64,000 nt of DNA from an uncultured Chloroflexia bacterium (GCA_963728205.1 CAVSIV010000002.1:352001-416000); one strand, 5' to 3'. Positions 8,946-19,067 are shown, counted from the first letter of the stretch. The notes: generated by a model not told the origin, from the sequence alone. Translations and numbers: made by a program.

Positions 8946-10151
8946 TTAGTCGGCGACGAGCACCAGCGTGCCCGTGTTGGACAGGCTACCACCGGTGCCG
9001 TTGACGACCAGCGACTTCGCGTTCGTCTGCTTGCCCGGCAGGCCGTTGACGCCGTCCTCCGCCGTGCCCGAGAGCTGGCGGTACGACTCGATCAGCAGCT
9101 GCATGCCGTACATGCCCGAGTGGTTGAACGACAGGCCGCCGCCGTTGGTGTTCACGGGGAACTTGCCGCCGGGGCCGGCGTTGCCGTTCGCCCACAGGCT
9201 GGGGCCCTCGCCGCGCGGGGTGAGCCCGAGCATCTCCGCCGTGATCGCAGCGGTGATCGTGAACGAGTCGTAGATCATCGCCATTTCCATGTCGTCCGGG
9301 CCCATGCCGGCCATCTTGTAGGCCGCGTCGCCGGACGCCTTCGCGGAGGTGGCGGTGAAGTCCTCCATCTCGAGCATGTTCGAGTGGCTGGTGTTCTCGC
9401 CGGCGCCGGCGATCCACACCGGCGTCGTGCCGAGACTGCGCGCCATGTCGGCCGACGTCACGAGCACGGCGCCGCCGTGGTCCGTGACGAGGCAGACATC
9501 GAGCAGGTGCAGAGGCCAGGCGATCCAGCGGGACGACAGGTAGTCGTCCATCGACATCGGCCCGCCGTTCGGGTTGGTGTCCTTCGAGTGCATCACCGCG
9601 CGCGGGTTGAGCGTGGCCCACTGGCGCGTGGTGACGGCGATCTGCCCGAAGTCCTCCGGGCGCGAGCCCCACTGGTGCATGTGGCGCGTCATCGCGTGCG
9701 AGTAGTTCGAGGGAGCGCCGCTCAGGCCGTACGGCTCCGAGAACTGCGCGTCCGACGACCACGGGTCCGAACCCCGGGCGCGACCGGTGCCGCGACCCTT
9801 GGTGGCCCGCTGCGAGTAGCCGATCTCGCCGTGCGTCACGAGTGCGACGTCGACGATGCCGGCGTTGATCGCGGCGAGCGCGTGGTGGACGTGCATCTCG
9901 AAGGAGCATCCGCCCACCGACGTGGTGTCGAAGTACTTCGGGTGGATGCCGAGGTACTCGGCGATCTGCGGGGACATGCCGGCGGAGAACACGGCCTCGA
10001 TCTGCGAGACCTTGATCCCGGTCTGCCGGGTCACGTTCCGGATGGCCTCGATGTGCATCATCATCGCCGTCTTCGGCGAGTCGAGGTAGCCGATCTGGTC
10101 GGCCTCGGCGGCACCGACGATGGCGGCGGACATGGATGGGTTGCTGGGCAT
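8946..10151 (-). CDS. SCP-x/Ltp-type thiolase-superfamily protein
   Basis: GGCSF, LLDVCLVTDHGGA, IYDSFT, NTNGGGLSFNH; adjacent DUF35 partner gene. Confidence 0.9.
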   Translation of the reverse strand: MPSNPSMSAAIVGAAEADQIGYLDSPKTAMMMHIEAIRNVTRQTGIKVSQIEAVFSAGMSPQIAEYLGIHPKYFDTTSVGGCSFEMHVHHALAAINAGIVDVALVTHGEIGYSQRATKGRGTGRARGSDPWSSDAQFSEPYGLSGAPSNYSHAMTRHMHQWGSRPEDFGQIAVTTRQWATLNPRAVMHSKDTNPNGGPMSMDDYLSSRWIAWPLHLLDVCLVTDHGGAVLVTSADMARSLGTTPVWIAGAGENTSHSNMLEMEDFTATSAKASGDAAYKMAGMGPDDMEMAMIYDSFTITAAITAEMLGLTPRGEGPSLWANGNAGPGGKFPVNTNGGGLSFNHSGMYGMQLLIESYRQLSGTAEDGVNGLPGKQTNAKSLVVNGTGGSLSNTGTLVLVAD

Positions 10152-10177
10152 TGGCTCGATTCCCTTCCTGCTCGCCG

Positions 10178-10591
10178 TTACGCCACGCGCCAGAAGGGGA
10201 TGGCCACGTCGTCCGCCACCTTCTCGAACTCGACCTTTACCGGCGCGCCGATCTTGATCTCCTCGGGCTTCGTCGGGTCGACGCCGCGCAGCACGGTCAG
10301 CATGCGGTCGCCTTCCTTGAGGTCGATGTATGCCGTGACGAACGGGACATCGTCCGCCCAGCCGCCGAAGGCGCGGTGCTGCACCGCGAAGGTGTGGATG
10401 TAGCCCTCACCGCTGGCCTCGAACCACTCCAGCGACGTGGAGTGGCAGTGCGGGCAGATGGTGCGCGGGTAGAAGTGGGCGCGGTTGCACACCGTGCAGC
10501 GTGGCAGCATCAGCTTGCCCTGCACGGTGCCGTCCCAGAACGTCTTCGTATAGGGATCCGGCTGGGGAATGGGCTTGTTGTAGTCAGCCAA
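10178..10591 (-). CDS. DUF35 Zn-ribbon/OB-fold protein (thiolase partner, ChsH2-like)
   Basis: FWDG...PRCTVC...YPRTICPHC...ASGEG; TTG start with AAGGAG RBS. Confidence 0.92.
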   Translation of the reverse strand: MADYNKPIPQPDPYTKTFWDGTVQGKLMLPRCTVCNRAHFYPRTICPHCHSTSLEWFEASGEGYIHTFAVQHRAFGGWADDVPFVTAYIDLKEGDRMLTVLRGVDPTKPEEIKIGAPVKVEFEKVADDVAIPFWRVA

Positions 10592-10759
10592 CGACCGCTC
10601 CTTTGCTCACTGCTGGAGACCTGTGATGTCAGCGCCCGCGCGCTGCGCGCACGGCTTCAGGGGCGGCCAATGAGCCGAGGCACTCGACATGCCGACCCGG
10701 TGCATGCACGCGGGCAAGCGGTCAGTTGGTTCGCGCGCCGCCGGGTCGCGACCGCGCGC

Positions 10760-10789
10760 ACTCTACCGACGGCCGCGCGCGCCGGTCAA
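10760..10789 (-). promoter_or_regulatory. Putative promoter of the DUF35-thiolase operon
   Basis: TTGACC-18 bp-TAGAGT on the minus strand. Confidence 0.45.
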
Positions 10790-10904
10790 CACAAACGCGG
10801 CGCATCGCGCGCGCCCCGCCACGGGCCGCAGCGTGTTGCGGGCGCCGGTGTGCGCGCTTCCGCCTACGCCCTGGCGAGCGCGTTTGCGGCGCGTCCGGCT
10901 TCCT

Positions 10905-10933
10905 TTGCCCGTCGGATCACCCCGTGCTACATT
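10905..10933 (+). promoter_or_regulatory. Putative promoter of the nuo operon
   Basis: TTGCCC-17 bp-TACATT with extended -10 TG. Confidence 0.55.
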
Positions 10934-10986
10934 CGCGCTCGCCTTCCGACGAGTGGCTCATCAAGCAGGCGAAGAAGGGGTAGCGC

Positions 10987-11361
10987 GTGATCCCGGAACA
11001 GTACGGGCGCGTCGCGGTTCTCACCGCCTTCGCCCTCGCGTTCCCCCTCCTGCCGCTGGGTGCATCGTTCCTCTTTTCTCGGCTGCATCTGCGCCCCTCT
11101 AACCCCGACCCCGTGAAGGACGCGACGTACGAGTGCGGGGTGGAGTCCGAGGGCACGGCCTGGGGACGCTTCAACGCGCGCTACTACCTGTTCGCCCTCG
11201 GGTTCGTCATCTTCGACGTCGAGGTCGTCTTCCTCTATCCGTGGGCGGTCGTGCACCAGCACCTGCCGCTGTGGTCGCTCGTGAAGGCGGCGATCTTCAT
11301 CGGCGTGCTGGCGTTTGGTCTCGCGTACGCGTGGCGCCGCCGCGCGCTGGAGTGGAGCTAG
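10987..11361 (+). CDS. nuoA: NADH-quinone oxidoreductase subunit A
   Basis: TYECGVE, FVIFDVEVVFLYPWA, three TM helices. Confidence 0.95.
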   Translation: MIPEQYGRVAVLTAFALAFPLLPLGASFLFSRLHLRPSNPDPVKDATYECGVESEGTAWGRFNARYYLFALGFVIFDVEVVFLYPWAVVHQHLPLWSLVKAAIFIGVLAFGLAYAWRRRALEWS

Positions 11362-11362
11362 C

Positions 11363-11959
11363 TTGCCGCTCGGGCCCACCCAGCTGCCCGGCCAGGAGGT
11401 CGCTGAGAAGCTCGACGCCGCGCTGTCCGGCGTGGTGGTGCGTGCCACCGACGAGTGGGTCGAGGTGCAGTCCGAGCGCCTCGGCGATGCCCTGCGCTGG
11501 TTGCACGACTCGCCCGACTTCGATGCGGCGCAGCTGAGCAACTGCTGCGGCGTCGACCGCTACGACCACTTCGAGATGGTCTACCACCTGCAGTCGCTCG
11601 ACCTGAACCACCAGATTGTGGTGAAGGCCATCGTCGCGGATCACGAGCAGCCGTCGCTGCCCAGCGCGTACCCGGTCTACAAGGGGGCGCTGCTGCAGGA
11701 GCGCGAGGTTTACGACCTGATGGGCATCCGCTTCGAGGGCCATCCGGACCTGCGGCGCATCTTCCTGTGGGACGGCTTTCCCGGGTATCCGCTGCGCAAG
11801 GACTTCCTCGGCGTGGGCGGGCACACGCCCGGGCTCGCGCGCTTCCCCTTCGAGAACAAGCAGGCGCCGGACCGCATCATGAACCCGGACAACTGGGAGG
11901 CGCGGCAGTCCGCCTCGCAGGAGGCGCCGGCAGAGTGGCGAGGGGACGTGCACCCGTGA
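11363..11959 (+). CDS. nuoC: NADH-quinone oxidoreductase subunit C
   Basis: EREVYDLMGIRFEGHPDLRRI...GYPLRKDF; TTG start 1 bp after the nuoA stop (start inferred). Confidence 0.93.
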   Translation: MPLGPTQLPGQEVAEKLDAALSGVVVRATDEWVEVQSERLGDALRWLHDSPDFDAAQLSNCCGVDRYDHFEMVYHLQSLDLNHQIVVKAIVADHEQPSLPSAYPVYKGALLQEREVYDLMGIRFEGHPDLRRIFLWDGFPGYPLRKDFLGVGGHTPGLARFPFENKQAPDRIMNPDNWEARQSASQEAPAEWRGDVHP

Positions 11960-13074
11960 CGACCCCCCCGCTGACCGGTCAGAACGAGCCGTACATCCTC
12001 AACATCGGCCCGCAGCACCCGTCCACCCACGGCGTGTTTCGGCTCCGCGTGGAGATGGACGGCGAGACCATCGTCGACATGGACATGATCGTCGGGTACC
12101 TCCACCGCTCGATGGAGAAGCTCGCCGAGGAGCGCACCTACACGCAGAACATCCCGTTCACCGACCGCGCCGACTACCTCGCCGCGATGACGGGCAACCT
12201 CGGGCTGTGCGTGGCGGCCGAGCGGCTCGCCGGCGTCGAGGTGCCGGAGCGCGCCGAGTACCTGCGCGTGATCTTCGCGGAGCTGCAGCGCATCGCCTCG
12301 CACGCCATGGCGAACGGCACGCTGGTGTCCGACGCCGGTGCATGGCAGACGCCGCTGCTCTACATGTTCCGGGAGCGCGAGAAGATCCTCGACCTCTTCG
12401 AGATGACCTGCGGCGCCCGCCTGACGACGAACTACATGCGCATCGGCGGGGTCGCCTTCGAGCCGCCGACCGAGTTCTGGGCGGCGCTGCGCGAGCTCGT
12501 GGACGAGATGCCCGACCGCATCGACGAGTACGCGGAGCTGCTCACCGACAACGAGATCTTCCTCGCGCGCACCCGCGGGGTGGGGATCATCTCGGCCGAG
12601 GACGCGATCAACGGCTCGCTCACCGGTCCCGCGCTGCGCGGATCGGGCGTGCCGTGGGACCTGCGCAAGGCCGAGCCCTACGGCGTCTACGACCGCTTCG
12701 ACTTCGAGATCCCCGTTGGGCGACAGGGCGACGTCTACGACCGCTTCATGGTGCGGCTCGAAGAGACCAAGCAGTCGACGCGCCTGATCAAGCAGGCGAT
12801 GGCAGAGATCCCCGAGGGGCCCCACAAGACGCAGATCCCGCTGTCGCTGCGCCCCGAGCCCGGCGAGGTGTACGGCCGCATCGAGAGCCCGCGCGGCGAG
12901 ATCGGCTTCTACCTGGTCTCCGACGGCGGACCGGCGCCGTACCGCTTCCACATCCGGGCGCCCTCGCTGATCAACCTCTCGCTGCTGCGTCAGCTCGCGG
13001 TCGGGTCGTCGCTCCCCGACGCCATCGTCACGCTGGGCTCGATCGACATCGTCGTGGGGGAGATCGACCGATGA
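11956..13074 (+). CDS. nuoD: NADH-quinone oxidoreductase subunit D
   Basis: GPQHPSTHGVFR, GYLHRSMEK, DRADY, ESPRGE, C-terminal DIVVGEIDR; GTGA overlap. Confidence 0.96.
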   Translation: MTTPPLTGQNEPYILNIGPQHPSTHGVFRLRVEMDGETIVDMDMIVGYLHRSMEKLAEERTYTQNIPFTDRADYLAAMTGNLGLCVAAERLAGVEVPERAEYLRVIFAELQRIASHAMANGTLVSDAGAWQTPLLYMFREREKILDLFEMTCGARLTTNYMRIGGVAFEPPTEFWAALRELVDEMPDRIDEYAELLTDNEIFLARTRGVGIISAEDAINGSLTGPALRGSGVPWDLRKAEPYGVYDRFDFEIPVGRQGDVYDRFMVRLEETKQSTRLIKQAMAEIPEGPHKTQIPLSLRPEPGEVYGRIESPRGEIGFYLVSDGGPAPYRFHIRAPSLINLSLLRQLAVGSSLPDAIVTLGSIDIVVGEIDR

Positions 13075-14522
13075 CCACCACGCCCGCTCCGGCGCCCGTC
13101 CCGCAGCGCCCGCTGCCGGCGACGCCGATGGCGCGCCAGATCCTCGCGCAGCCCACGCTGCGCAAGCAGTTTCGCCGCGCGCCGATCGGCGTGAAGGCGG
13201 CGCTTGCCGTGATCTTGCTCGTCGTGATCGCAATCAACCTCGCGATCGCGTGGGTCGTGATCGCGGGCAAGCTCGACGGCCACTGGTACGACTTCCGCGA
13301 CCTCGGACTCGCGATAGGGGATCTGCGCGGCTGGCTCGACGACCGGGGCGCCGGCCCGTGGCTGTCCTACTGGGTCAGCGCGCTGATCGGCGGGCTGGGC
13401 ATCCTGTCGTTCATCGGCGGCGTGCTCGTGATCGGCACCTGGATCGAGCGCCGCCTCCTCGCGAAGTTCCAGATCCGGCGCGGCCCGAACCGCGTCGGCC
13501 CCTTCGGCCTCCTCCAGCCGCTCGCCGACGCGGTCAAGCTGATCCAGAAGGAAGTCCTCGTCCCGCGCGGCGCCGACCACTTCCTCTTTCTGCTGCCTCC
13601 CGTGCTCGTCTTCCTCCCCGCCATGCTGGCCTGGGCGCCGGTGCCGTGGGACGCCCGCATGTCCTACCTGGACATCAACGTCGGGCTGGTTTACGTCGTG
13701 GCCATCACGTCGCTGAGCGTGCTCGCGATCTGGATCGCCGGCTGGTCGTCGAACAACCACTACGCGCTGCTCGGCGCGATGCGGACCGTCGCGATGATGG
13801 TCTCGTACGAGATCCCGACGTCGGTGTCGCTGCTGAGCGTGGTGCTGTTCACCGGGTCGCTGAAGCTCTCGGCGATCGTGCAGTGGCAGTCCGTGCACAA
13901 CACGTGGCTGGTGTTCCTGCTGCCGCTCGGCGCGTTCACCGTCTTCTTCTCGTCGACGGCGGAGATCAACCGCACCCCGAACGACATCGCCGAGGCGGAG
14001 TCGGAGATCGTCGCCGGCTTCCACACCGAGTACTCGGGGATGAAGGCCGGCCTCTTCCTGGCGGTTGAGCTCGGCAACGCGCTGCTGGTCGGCGCGGTGG
14101 TCTCGACGTTCTTCCTCGGCGGCTACACGCTGTTCGGCCTGCAAGAGTGGATCCCCGGCTACCTGATCCTCGCGACGAAGATTTCGGCCATCTACTTCGT
14201 ACTGGTGTGGCTGCGCGGCACGCTGCCGCGCTTCCGCCTCGACCAGCTGATGGCCTTCGCGTGGAAGTTCCTGATCCCGCTGGCGATCGCGTTCGTCGGG
14301 GTCTCCGCGATCGAGTCCGCGATCTTCGCGCGGCTGAATCTGCCAGGGCTCATCGTCCTGGGCGCGTTCGCCGTCGTGAATCTCGTGCTGACGGTCGTCA
14401 TGGTGCGCGCGTGGGCGCGACGGGTCGGCTACGAGGTGCCGCGCGGCGACCTCACGATGCCGACGCTGACGACGAGCGTCGGCGGCCTTCGCGCGGCGCA
14501 GCGGATGCGGGTGGGCTCGTAA
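13071..14522 (+). CDS. nuoH: NADH-quinone oxidoreductase subunit H, N-terminally extended
   Basis: [58 protein letters not shown]; ATGA overlap. Confidence 0.95.
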   Translation: MTTTPAPAPVPQRPLPATPMARQILAQPTLRKQFRRAPIGVKAALAVILLVVIAINLAIAWVVIAGKLDGHWYDFRDLGLAIGDLRGWLDDRGAGPWLSYWVSALIGGLGILSFIGGVLVIGTWIERRLLAKFQIRRGPNRVGPFGLLQPLADAVKLIQKEVLVPRGADHFLFLLPPVLVFLPAMLAWAPVPWDARMSYLDINVGLVYVVAITSLSVLAIWIAGWSSNNHYALLGAMRTVAMMVSYEIPTSVSLLSVVLFTGSLKLSAIVQWQSVHNTWLVFLLPLGAFTVFFSSTAEINRTPNDIAEAESEIVAGFHTEYSGMKAGLFLAVELGNALLVGAVVSTFFLGGYTLFGLQEWIPGYLILATKISAIYFVLVWLRGTLPRFRLDQLMAFAWKFLIPLAIAFVGVSAIESAIFARLNLPGLIVLGAFAVVNLVLTVVMVRAWARRVGYEVPRGDLTMPTLTTSVGGLRAAQRMRVGS

Positions 14523-15091
14523 TGGACTCGACCGGCATCGTCGTCGCGTTCTGGGCGCTCGCCGCCGTGACGGCGGGATCGGCGCTGGCGGTGCTGGTGT
14601 CGCGCAACCTCGTGCACGCGATTGTCTTCCTGATCCTCGCGTTCATGGGCATGGCGGGCCTGTTCGTCACGCTGTCCGCCGACTTCATCGCGGTGGCGCA
14701 GGTGCTGATCTACGCCGGGTCGATTTCGATCCTGCTCGTGTTCGCGGTGATGCTGACTCCGTTGTCGCGGCGCGACAACGCGAGCTCGCTCTACCTCGTG
14801 CCCGGGCTGCTGGCGGGCGCGGCGATCGCGGCGATCGTCGTCTTCGTCGCGGTGCGTGCTAGCTGGCACCAGGTCACGGGTGCCGCCCTTGCCGGCCGCT
14901 CGTTCCCCGACACCGTCACCACCATCGGCCAGCTGCTGGTGGGGCGCTACGTGCTGGCGTTCGAGGTCGCCTCGGTGCTGCTGCTGTTCGCGCTGATCGG
15001 AGCGATCCTCCTGGTCCAGGAGCGCCCGGGCGACGCCGCGGCGGACGGGGCCGCGGGCGAGCCGGTCGTGACGCGCGAGGAGGCGGCATGA
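14522..15091 (+). CDS. nuoJ: NADH-quinone oxidoreductase subunit J
   Basis: RNLVHA, ADFIAVAQVLIYAGSI, YVLAFEVASVLL; TAATG overlap. Confidence 0.94.
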   Translation: MDSTGIVVAFWALAAVTAGSALAVLVSRNLVHAIVFLILAFMGMAGLFVTLSADFIAVAQVLIYAGSISILLVFAVMLTPLSRRDNASSLYLVPGLLAGAAIAAIVVFVAVRASWHQVTGAALAGRSFPDTVTTIGQLLVGRYVLAFEVASVLLLFALIGAILLVQERPGDAAADGAAGEPVVTREEAA

Positions 15092-15414
15092 GCGTCGGGC
15101 TCGAGCATTACGTGGCGCTCTCGGGCATCGTCTTCGGCATCGGCGTCGCGATCGCGCTCTCGAAGCGCAACGCGATCGCGGTGCTGATGGGCATCGAGCT
15201 CATGCTCAACGCCGTCAACCTGCTGCTCGTCGCTTTCGCGCGCCTCGGCGCCGCCGCGCAGTCGAACGAGGCCGCGCTCGCCGGCCACGCGTTCGTCATC
15301 TTCGTGCTGACCGTCGCGGCCGCCGAGGCCGCGGTGACGCTCGCAATGGCGGTGCTCATCTACCGCCGGCGCGAAACCGTGGATCTCGACCGCATCAACC
15401 TGATGCGCTGGTAG
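15088..15414 (+). CDS. nuoK: NADH-quinone oxidoreductase subunit K
   Basis: MGIELMLNAVNL and VAAAEAAV with both conserved Glu. Confidence 0.95.
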   Translation: MSVGLEHYVALSGIVFGIGVAIALSKRNAIAVLMGIELMLNAVNLLLVAFARLGAAAQSNEAALAGHAFVIFVLTVAAAEAAVTLAMAVLIYRRRETVDLDRINLMRW

Positions 15415-15426
15415 GCGAGGCAGGCG

Positions 15427-15615
15427 ATGTGGGTGAAGTTCATGGACGTGCCGGACGGCTACGCGGCCGCGACCTGGCGCGAGCTGTTCAACCAGGAGGC
15501 GCTGTCCGTCCGCATCGTCCCGCCGCTCGAGCTCGGGTCCATGAAGGATCCGCGGGCGATCTGGGTGCCGGACGGGAAGACGCACGTGGCGCGTGAGGTG
15601 TTGAACAAGATCTAA
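15427..15615 (+). CDS. Small hypothetical protein inside the nuo operon (62 aa)
   Basis: Own RBS-like GAGG/AGG, strong GC3 codon bias, TAATG overlap with nuoL, fills the K-L gap exactly. Confidence 0.8.
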   Translation: MWVKFMDVPDGYAAATWRELFNQEALSVRIVPPLELGSMKDPRAIWVPDGKTHVAREVLNKI

Positions 15616-17597
15616 TGCCGCACATCCCCGAAGCCGCCGCCTGGATCATCTACTTCTCGCCGCTGGCGTCATTCGTCGTCATCGTCGCGTTCCTGCGCCA
15701 CCAGCCGATCGTGGCGGGCCGCGTCACGATCGCCGCCGTTGGGCTGTCGTTCGTGCTCGCGCTGTGGGCGCTGCTCACGTCGATCGGGATCCACGGGGAG
15801 CCCGCTTCGTTCCAGCCGCACCTGTGGGTGCAGCTCTTCGACCTCAAGGTCACGGTGGGGTTCCGGCTCGACGGCCTCAGCGCGATCATGTTGATTGTCG
15901 TCACCGGTGTGTCGCTGCTCGTGCAGGTCTACTCGACCGGTTACATGCACGGCGATACCGGCTATCCCCGTTACTTCGCGTACATGTCTCTGTTCACGTT
16001 CGCGATGCTCGGGCTCGTGCTGGCGTCGAGCCTGCTGCAGCTCTTCGTGCACTGGGAGCTCGTGGGCCTCACGTCCTACCTGCTGATCGGCTTCTGGTTC
16101 CACCGGCCATCCGCCGCCGCCGCCGCGAAGAAGGCGTTCATCGTCACGCGCTTTGGCGACTTCGCATTCCTGGTGGCGCTCGTGCTGATCTGGACGAAGA
16201 CCGGCACGTTCGACATCGCCCAGATCAACCAGATGGCGCCGACGCTCTCGGGCGCGGTGCTCACCGGCTTCACACTCGGGCTGCTCTCCGGCGCCGCCGG
16301 CAAGTCGGCCCAGTTCCCGCTGCACTTCTGGCTGCCGGACGCGATGGAGGGTCCGACGCCGGTGTCGTCGCTCATCCACTCGGCGACGATGGTGGCGGCG
16401 GGCGTCTACCTGCTCGCGCGCATGTTCCCGACGGTGCACGCCGCCCCGGCGGAGGTCGGCCTGACCATCGCCTACGTGGGCGGCTTCACCGCGATCTTCG
16501 CGGCCTCGATGGGCGTCGTCGTCACCGACATCAAGCGGATGCTCGCGTACTCGACGATCTCGCAGCTCGGCTACATGGTGATGGCGATCGGCCTCGGTGG
16601 GTACGTCGCCGCGATCTTCCACCTCTTCACACACGCGTTCTTCAAGTCGCTGCTGTTCCAGGGTTCGGGCTCGGTGAATCACGCGACGAACACCTTCGAC
16701 ATGCGGCTGATGGGCGGCCTGCGGCGCAGCATGCCGATCACGTTCTGGACGTTCCTCATCGCGGGACTCGCGCTGTCCGGGCTGGTGCCGTTCTCCGGCT
16801 ACTGGAGCAAGGACGAGATCCTGCTGACGGCGCTGCACCAGAACCACCTGCTGTTCGCGATCGGCGTCGGCACCGCGGGGCTCACCGCGCTGTACGTGTT
16901 CCGCGCGATCTTCCTCACGTTCTTCGGCGAGTACCGGGGCGGTGACCGGCCCGAGCACGAGACGCCCGACCTGGAGCGCGGTCACACGGGCGCCGCCGCC
17001 GAGGCGCACATGGAGGAGGGCGCGGAGGCACCTCACCACGCCGAGCCGCACGAGTCGCCGGCGTCGATGTGGGGGCCGCTCGTCGTGCTGTCCATCCCGG
17101 CGGCGCTGTTCGGCTTCTGGGGCTTCGCGAACTTCGGCGGGTTCGTCGAGGGCGCGCTGCCCGCGGCCCTGCGCGAGTTCGAGGGCTTGCAGACCGACAC
17201 GCTCGTGCTGGCGTCGTCGACGCTGTTCGTGCTCGCCGGCATCGGCATCGCCGCTGCCGTCTACTACTACGGCTCACCGAGCGCCGACGCGCTGCGCCGA
17301 CGCTTCGGCCCGGTGCACACGCTGATCGCGCACCTCTACTACGTGAACGAGATCGCCGAGGACGGCGTCGTGCGCGGCGGTCTCGACCGCGGCCTGGGCC
17401 GGCTGTCCGCGCTGTTCGACTCCCGCGTGGTGGACGGCGTCGTGAACGGGGCCGCTCTCGGCACGCGCAAGATCGGCGACGGGCTGCGCCGCTTCGAGAC
17501 GGGGCAGCTGCAGGCGTACACCTCGCTGTACGTGCTGGGCGTCGTCGCGGCGGTTGTGGCGGTTTTCGTGTTCGGTGCGAATGTGCTGGGGCGCTAG
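15615..17597 (+). CDS. nuoL: NADH-quinone oxidoreductase subunit L
   Basis: HWELVGLTSYLLIGFW, GKSAQFPLHFWLPDAMEGPTPVS, THAFFKSLLF, SKDEI. Confidence 0.96.
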   Translation: MPHIPEAAAWIIYFSPLASFVVIVAFLRHQPIVAGRVTIAAVGLSFVLALWALLTSIGIHGEPASFQPHLWVQLFDLKVTVGFRLDGLSAIMLIVVTGVSLLVQVYSTGYMHGDTGYPRYFAYMSLFTFAMLGLVLASSLLQLFVHWELVGLTSYLLIGFWFHRPSAAAAAKKAFIVTRFGDFAFLVALVLIWTKTGTFDIAQINQMAPTLSGAVLTGFTLGLLSGAAGKSAQFPLHFWLPDAMEGPTPVSSLIHSATMVAAGVYLLARMFPTVHAAPAEVGLTIAYVGGFTAIFAASMGVVVTDIKRMLAYSTISQLGYMVMAIGLGGYVAAIFHLFTHAFFKSLLFQGSGSVNHATNTFDMRLMGGLRRSMPITFWTFLIAGLALSGLVPFSGYWSKDEILLTALHQNHLLFAIGVGTAGLTALYVFRAIFLTFFGEYRGGDRPEHETPDLERGHTGAAAEAHMEEGAEAPHHAEPHESPASMWGPLVVLSIPAALFGFWGFANFGGFVEGALPAALREFEGLQTDTLVLASSTLFVLAGIGIAAAVYYYGSPSADALRRRFGPVHTLIAHLYYVNEIAEDGVVRGGLDRGLGRLSALFDSRVVDGVVNGAALGTRKIGDGLRRFETGQLQAYTSLYVLGVVAAVVAVFVFGANVLGR

Positions 17598-19067
17598 ATG
17601 CTGACACTGTTCCTGCTCCTGCCGCTCGCCGGCGCGCTGATGGTGCTGCTGCTGCCGCGCGAGCGGGAGCACGAGGCGAAGTGGGTCGCGCTCGGGTTTA
17701 CCGGCGCCGCGTTCGTCGTCTCCGCGATCGTCTTCGTCATGCTCGACCGCAACGCGACGGGCTACCAGTTCACGCAGCAGTTCGAGTGGGTGCGCGCGAG
17801 CGCGGCCGGCTTCTCCGTCCACTACGTCGTGGGCGTCGACGGCCTCTCGGCGATGCTGATCCTGCTGCTCGGCCTGCTCACGGTCGTGTCCGTGCTGATC
17901 TCGTTCAACGTGACGCTGCGCGTACGCGAGTACTACGCCTACCTGCTCGTGCTCGAGACCGCCGTGGCCGGCGTCTTCCTCTCGCTCGACCTCATCCAGT
18001 TCTTCGTGTTCTGGGAGCTCGAGCTGATCCCGATGTACATGCTGATCAGCACCTGGGGCAGCGGCCGCAAGGCCTACAGCGCGATGAAGTTCCTCATCTA
18101 CACGCTGTCGGGCTCGGCGTTCATGCTCGTCGGCTTCCTGGTGCTCGGGTTCGCGGCCGGGACATTCGACATCGCGCAGATCACGGCGCACCCGCCGACC
18201 GAGGCGGTCGTGCCGCTGGGACTCGTGTTCTGGGCGATCATGCTCGCGTTCCTCGTGAAGCTGCCGGTCTTCCCGTTCCACACCTGGCTGCCGGACGCGC
18301 ACACCGACGCGCCGACCGCCGTCTCGGTCATGCTCGCGGGCGTGCTGCTGAAGATGGGCGGCTACGGCATGCTGCGCATCGTGCTGCCGATCCTGCCGCA
18401 CCAGGCGCAGGACTACCGCGTGATCCTCGCCGCGCTGGCCGGCTTCTCGGTCATCTACGGGGCGATCATCACGCTCCAGCAGAAGGACCTGAAGCGGCTC
18501 GTCGCGTACTCGTCGGTCTCGCACATGGGCTACGTGCTGCTCGGCATCTCCGCGATGGGGGCGCTCGGGCTCTCCGGGGCCGCGCTGCAGATGTTCACGC
18601 ACGGCGTGATCACGGGGCTGCTCTTCGTGATGGTGGGGATGGTGTACGACCGCGCGCACACGCGTGAGATCGCGCGGCTCAACGGCCTGATGCACCACAT
18701 GCCGCTGATCGGCACGGTGTTCGTGGTCGCCGGGCTGGCATCGCTCGGGCTGCCCGGCATGGCCGGGTTCGTCGCCGAGCTGACCACGTTCCTCGGCTCG
18801 TTGCAGGCGCATCCCGTGGCGACGATCGCCGCGATCTTCGGCGTCGTGCTGGCGGCCGGCTACATCCTCTGGATGGTGCAACGCGTCTTCTTCGGCCCGG
18901 CGTCGCCCGAGTGGGCGCACCTGCCCGACGCCACCGAGTGGTGGGAGCGCACGGCGATGGCGGCGCTCGTGATCGTCATCCTCGCGGTGGGGATCTACCC
19001 GCCGCTGCTCACCCACACGATCCAGGCGGGCATCGCCCCGATCGCGAAGATTGTCGGTGCTGCGTGA
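17598..19067 (+). CDS. nuoM: NADH-quinone oxidoreductase subunit M
   Basis: FWELELIPMY, VKLPVFPFHTWLPDAH, AYSSVSHMG, GFVAE. Confidence 0.96.
   Translation: MLTLFLLLPLAGALMVLLLPREREHEAKWVALGFTGAAFVVSAIVFVMLDRNATGYQFTQQFEWVRASAAGFSVHYVVGVDGLSAMLILLLGLLTVVSVLISFNVTLRVREYYAYLLVLETAVAGVFLSLDLIQFFVFWELELIPMYMLISTWGSGRKAYSAMKFLIYTLSGSAFMLVGFLVLGFAAGTFDIAQITAHPPTEAVVPLGLVFWAIMLAFLVKLPVFPFHTWLPDAHTDAPTAVSVMLAGVLLKMGGYGMLRIVLPILPHQAQDYRVILAALAGFSVIYGAIITLQQKDLKRLVAYSSVSHMGYVLLGISAMGALGLSGAALQMFTHGVITGLLFVMVGMVYDRAHTREIARLNGLMHHMPLIGTVFVVAGLASLGLPGMAGFVAELTTFLGSLQAHPVATIAAIFGVVLAAGYILWMVQRVFFGPASPEWAHLPDATEWWERTAMAALVIVILAVGIYPPLLTHTIQAGIAPIAKIVGAA

Noticed and set aside
11956-13074. NuoD as a group 4 [NiFe]-hydrogenase large subunit
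   Set aside because: No N- or C-terminal CxxC Ni-binding motifs; it has the HPSTHG and GEIDR signatures of NuoD.
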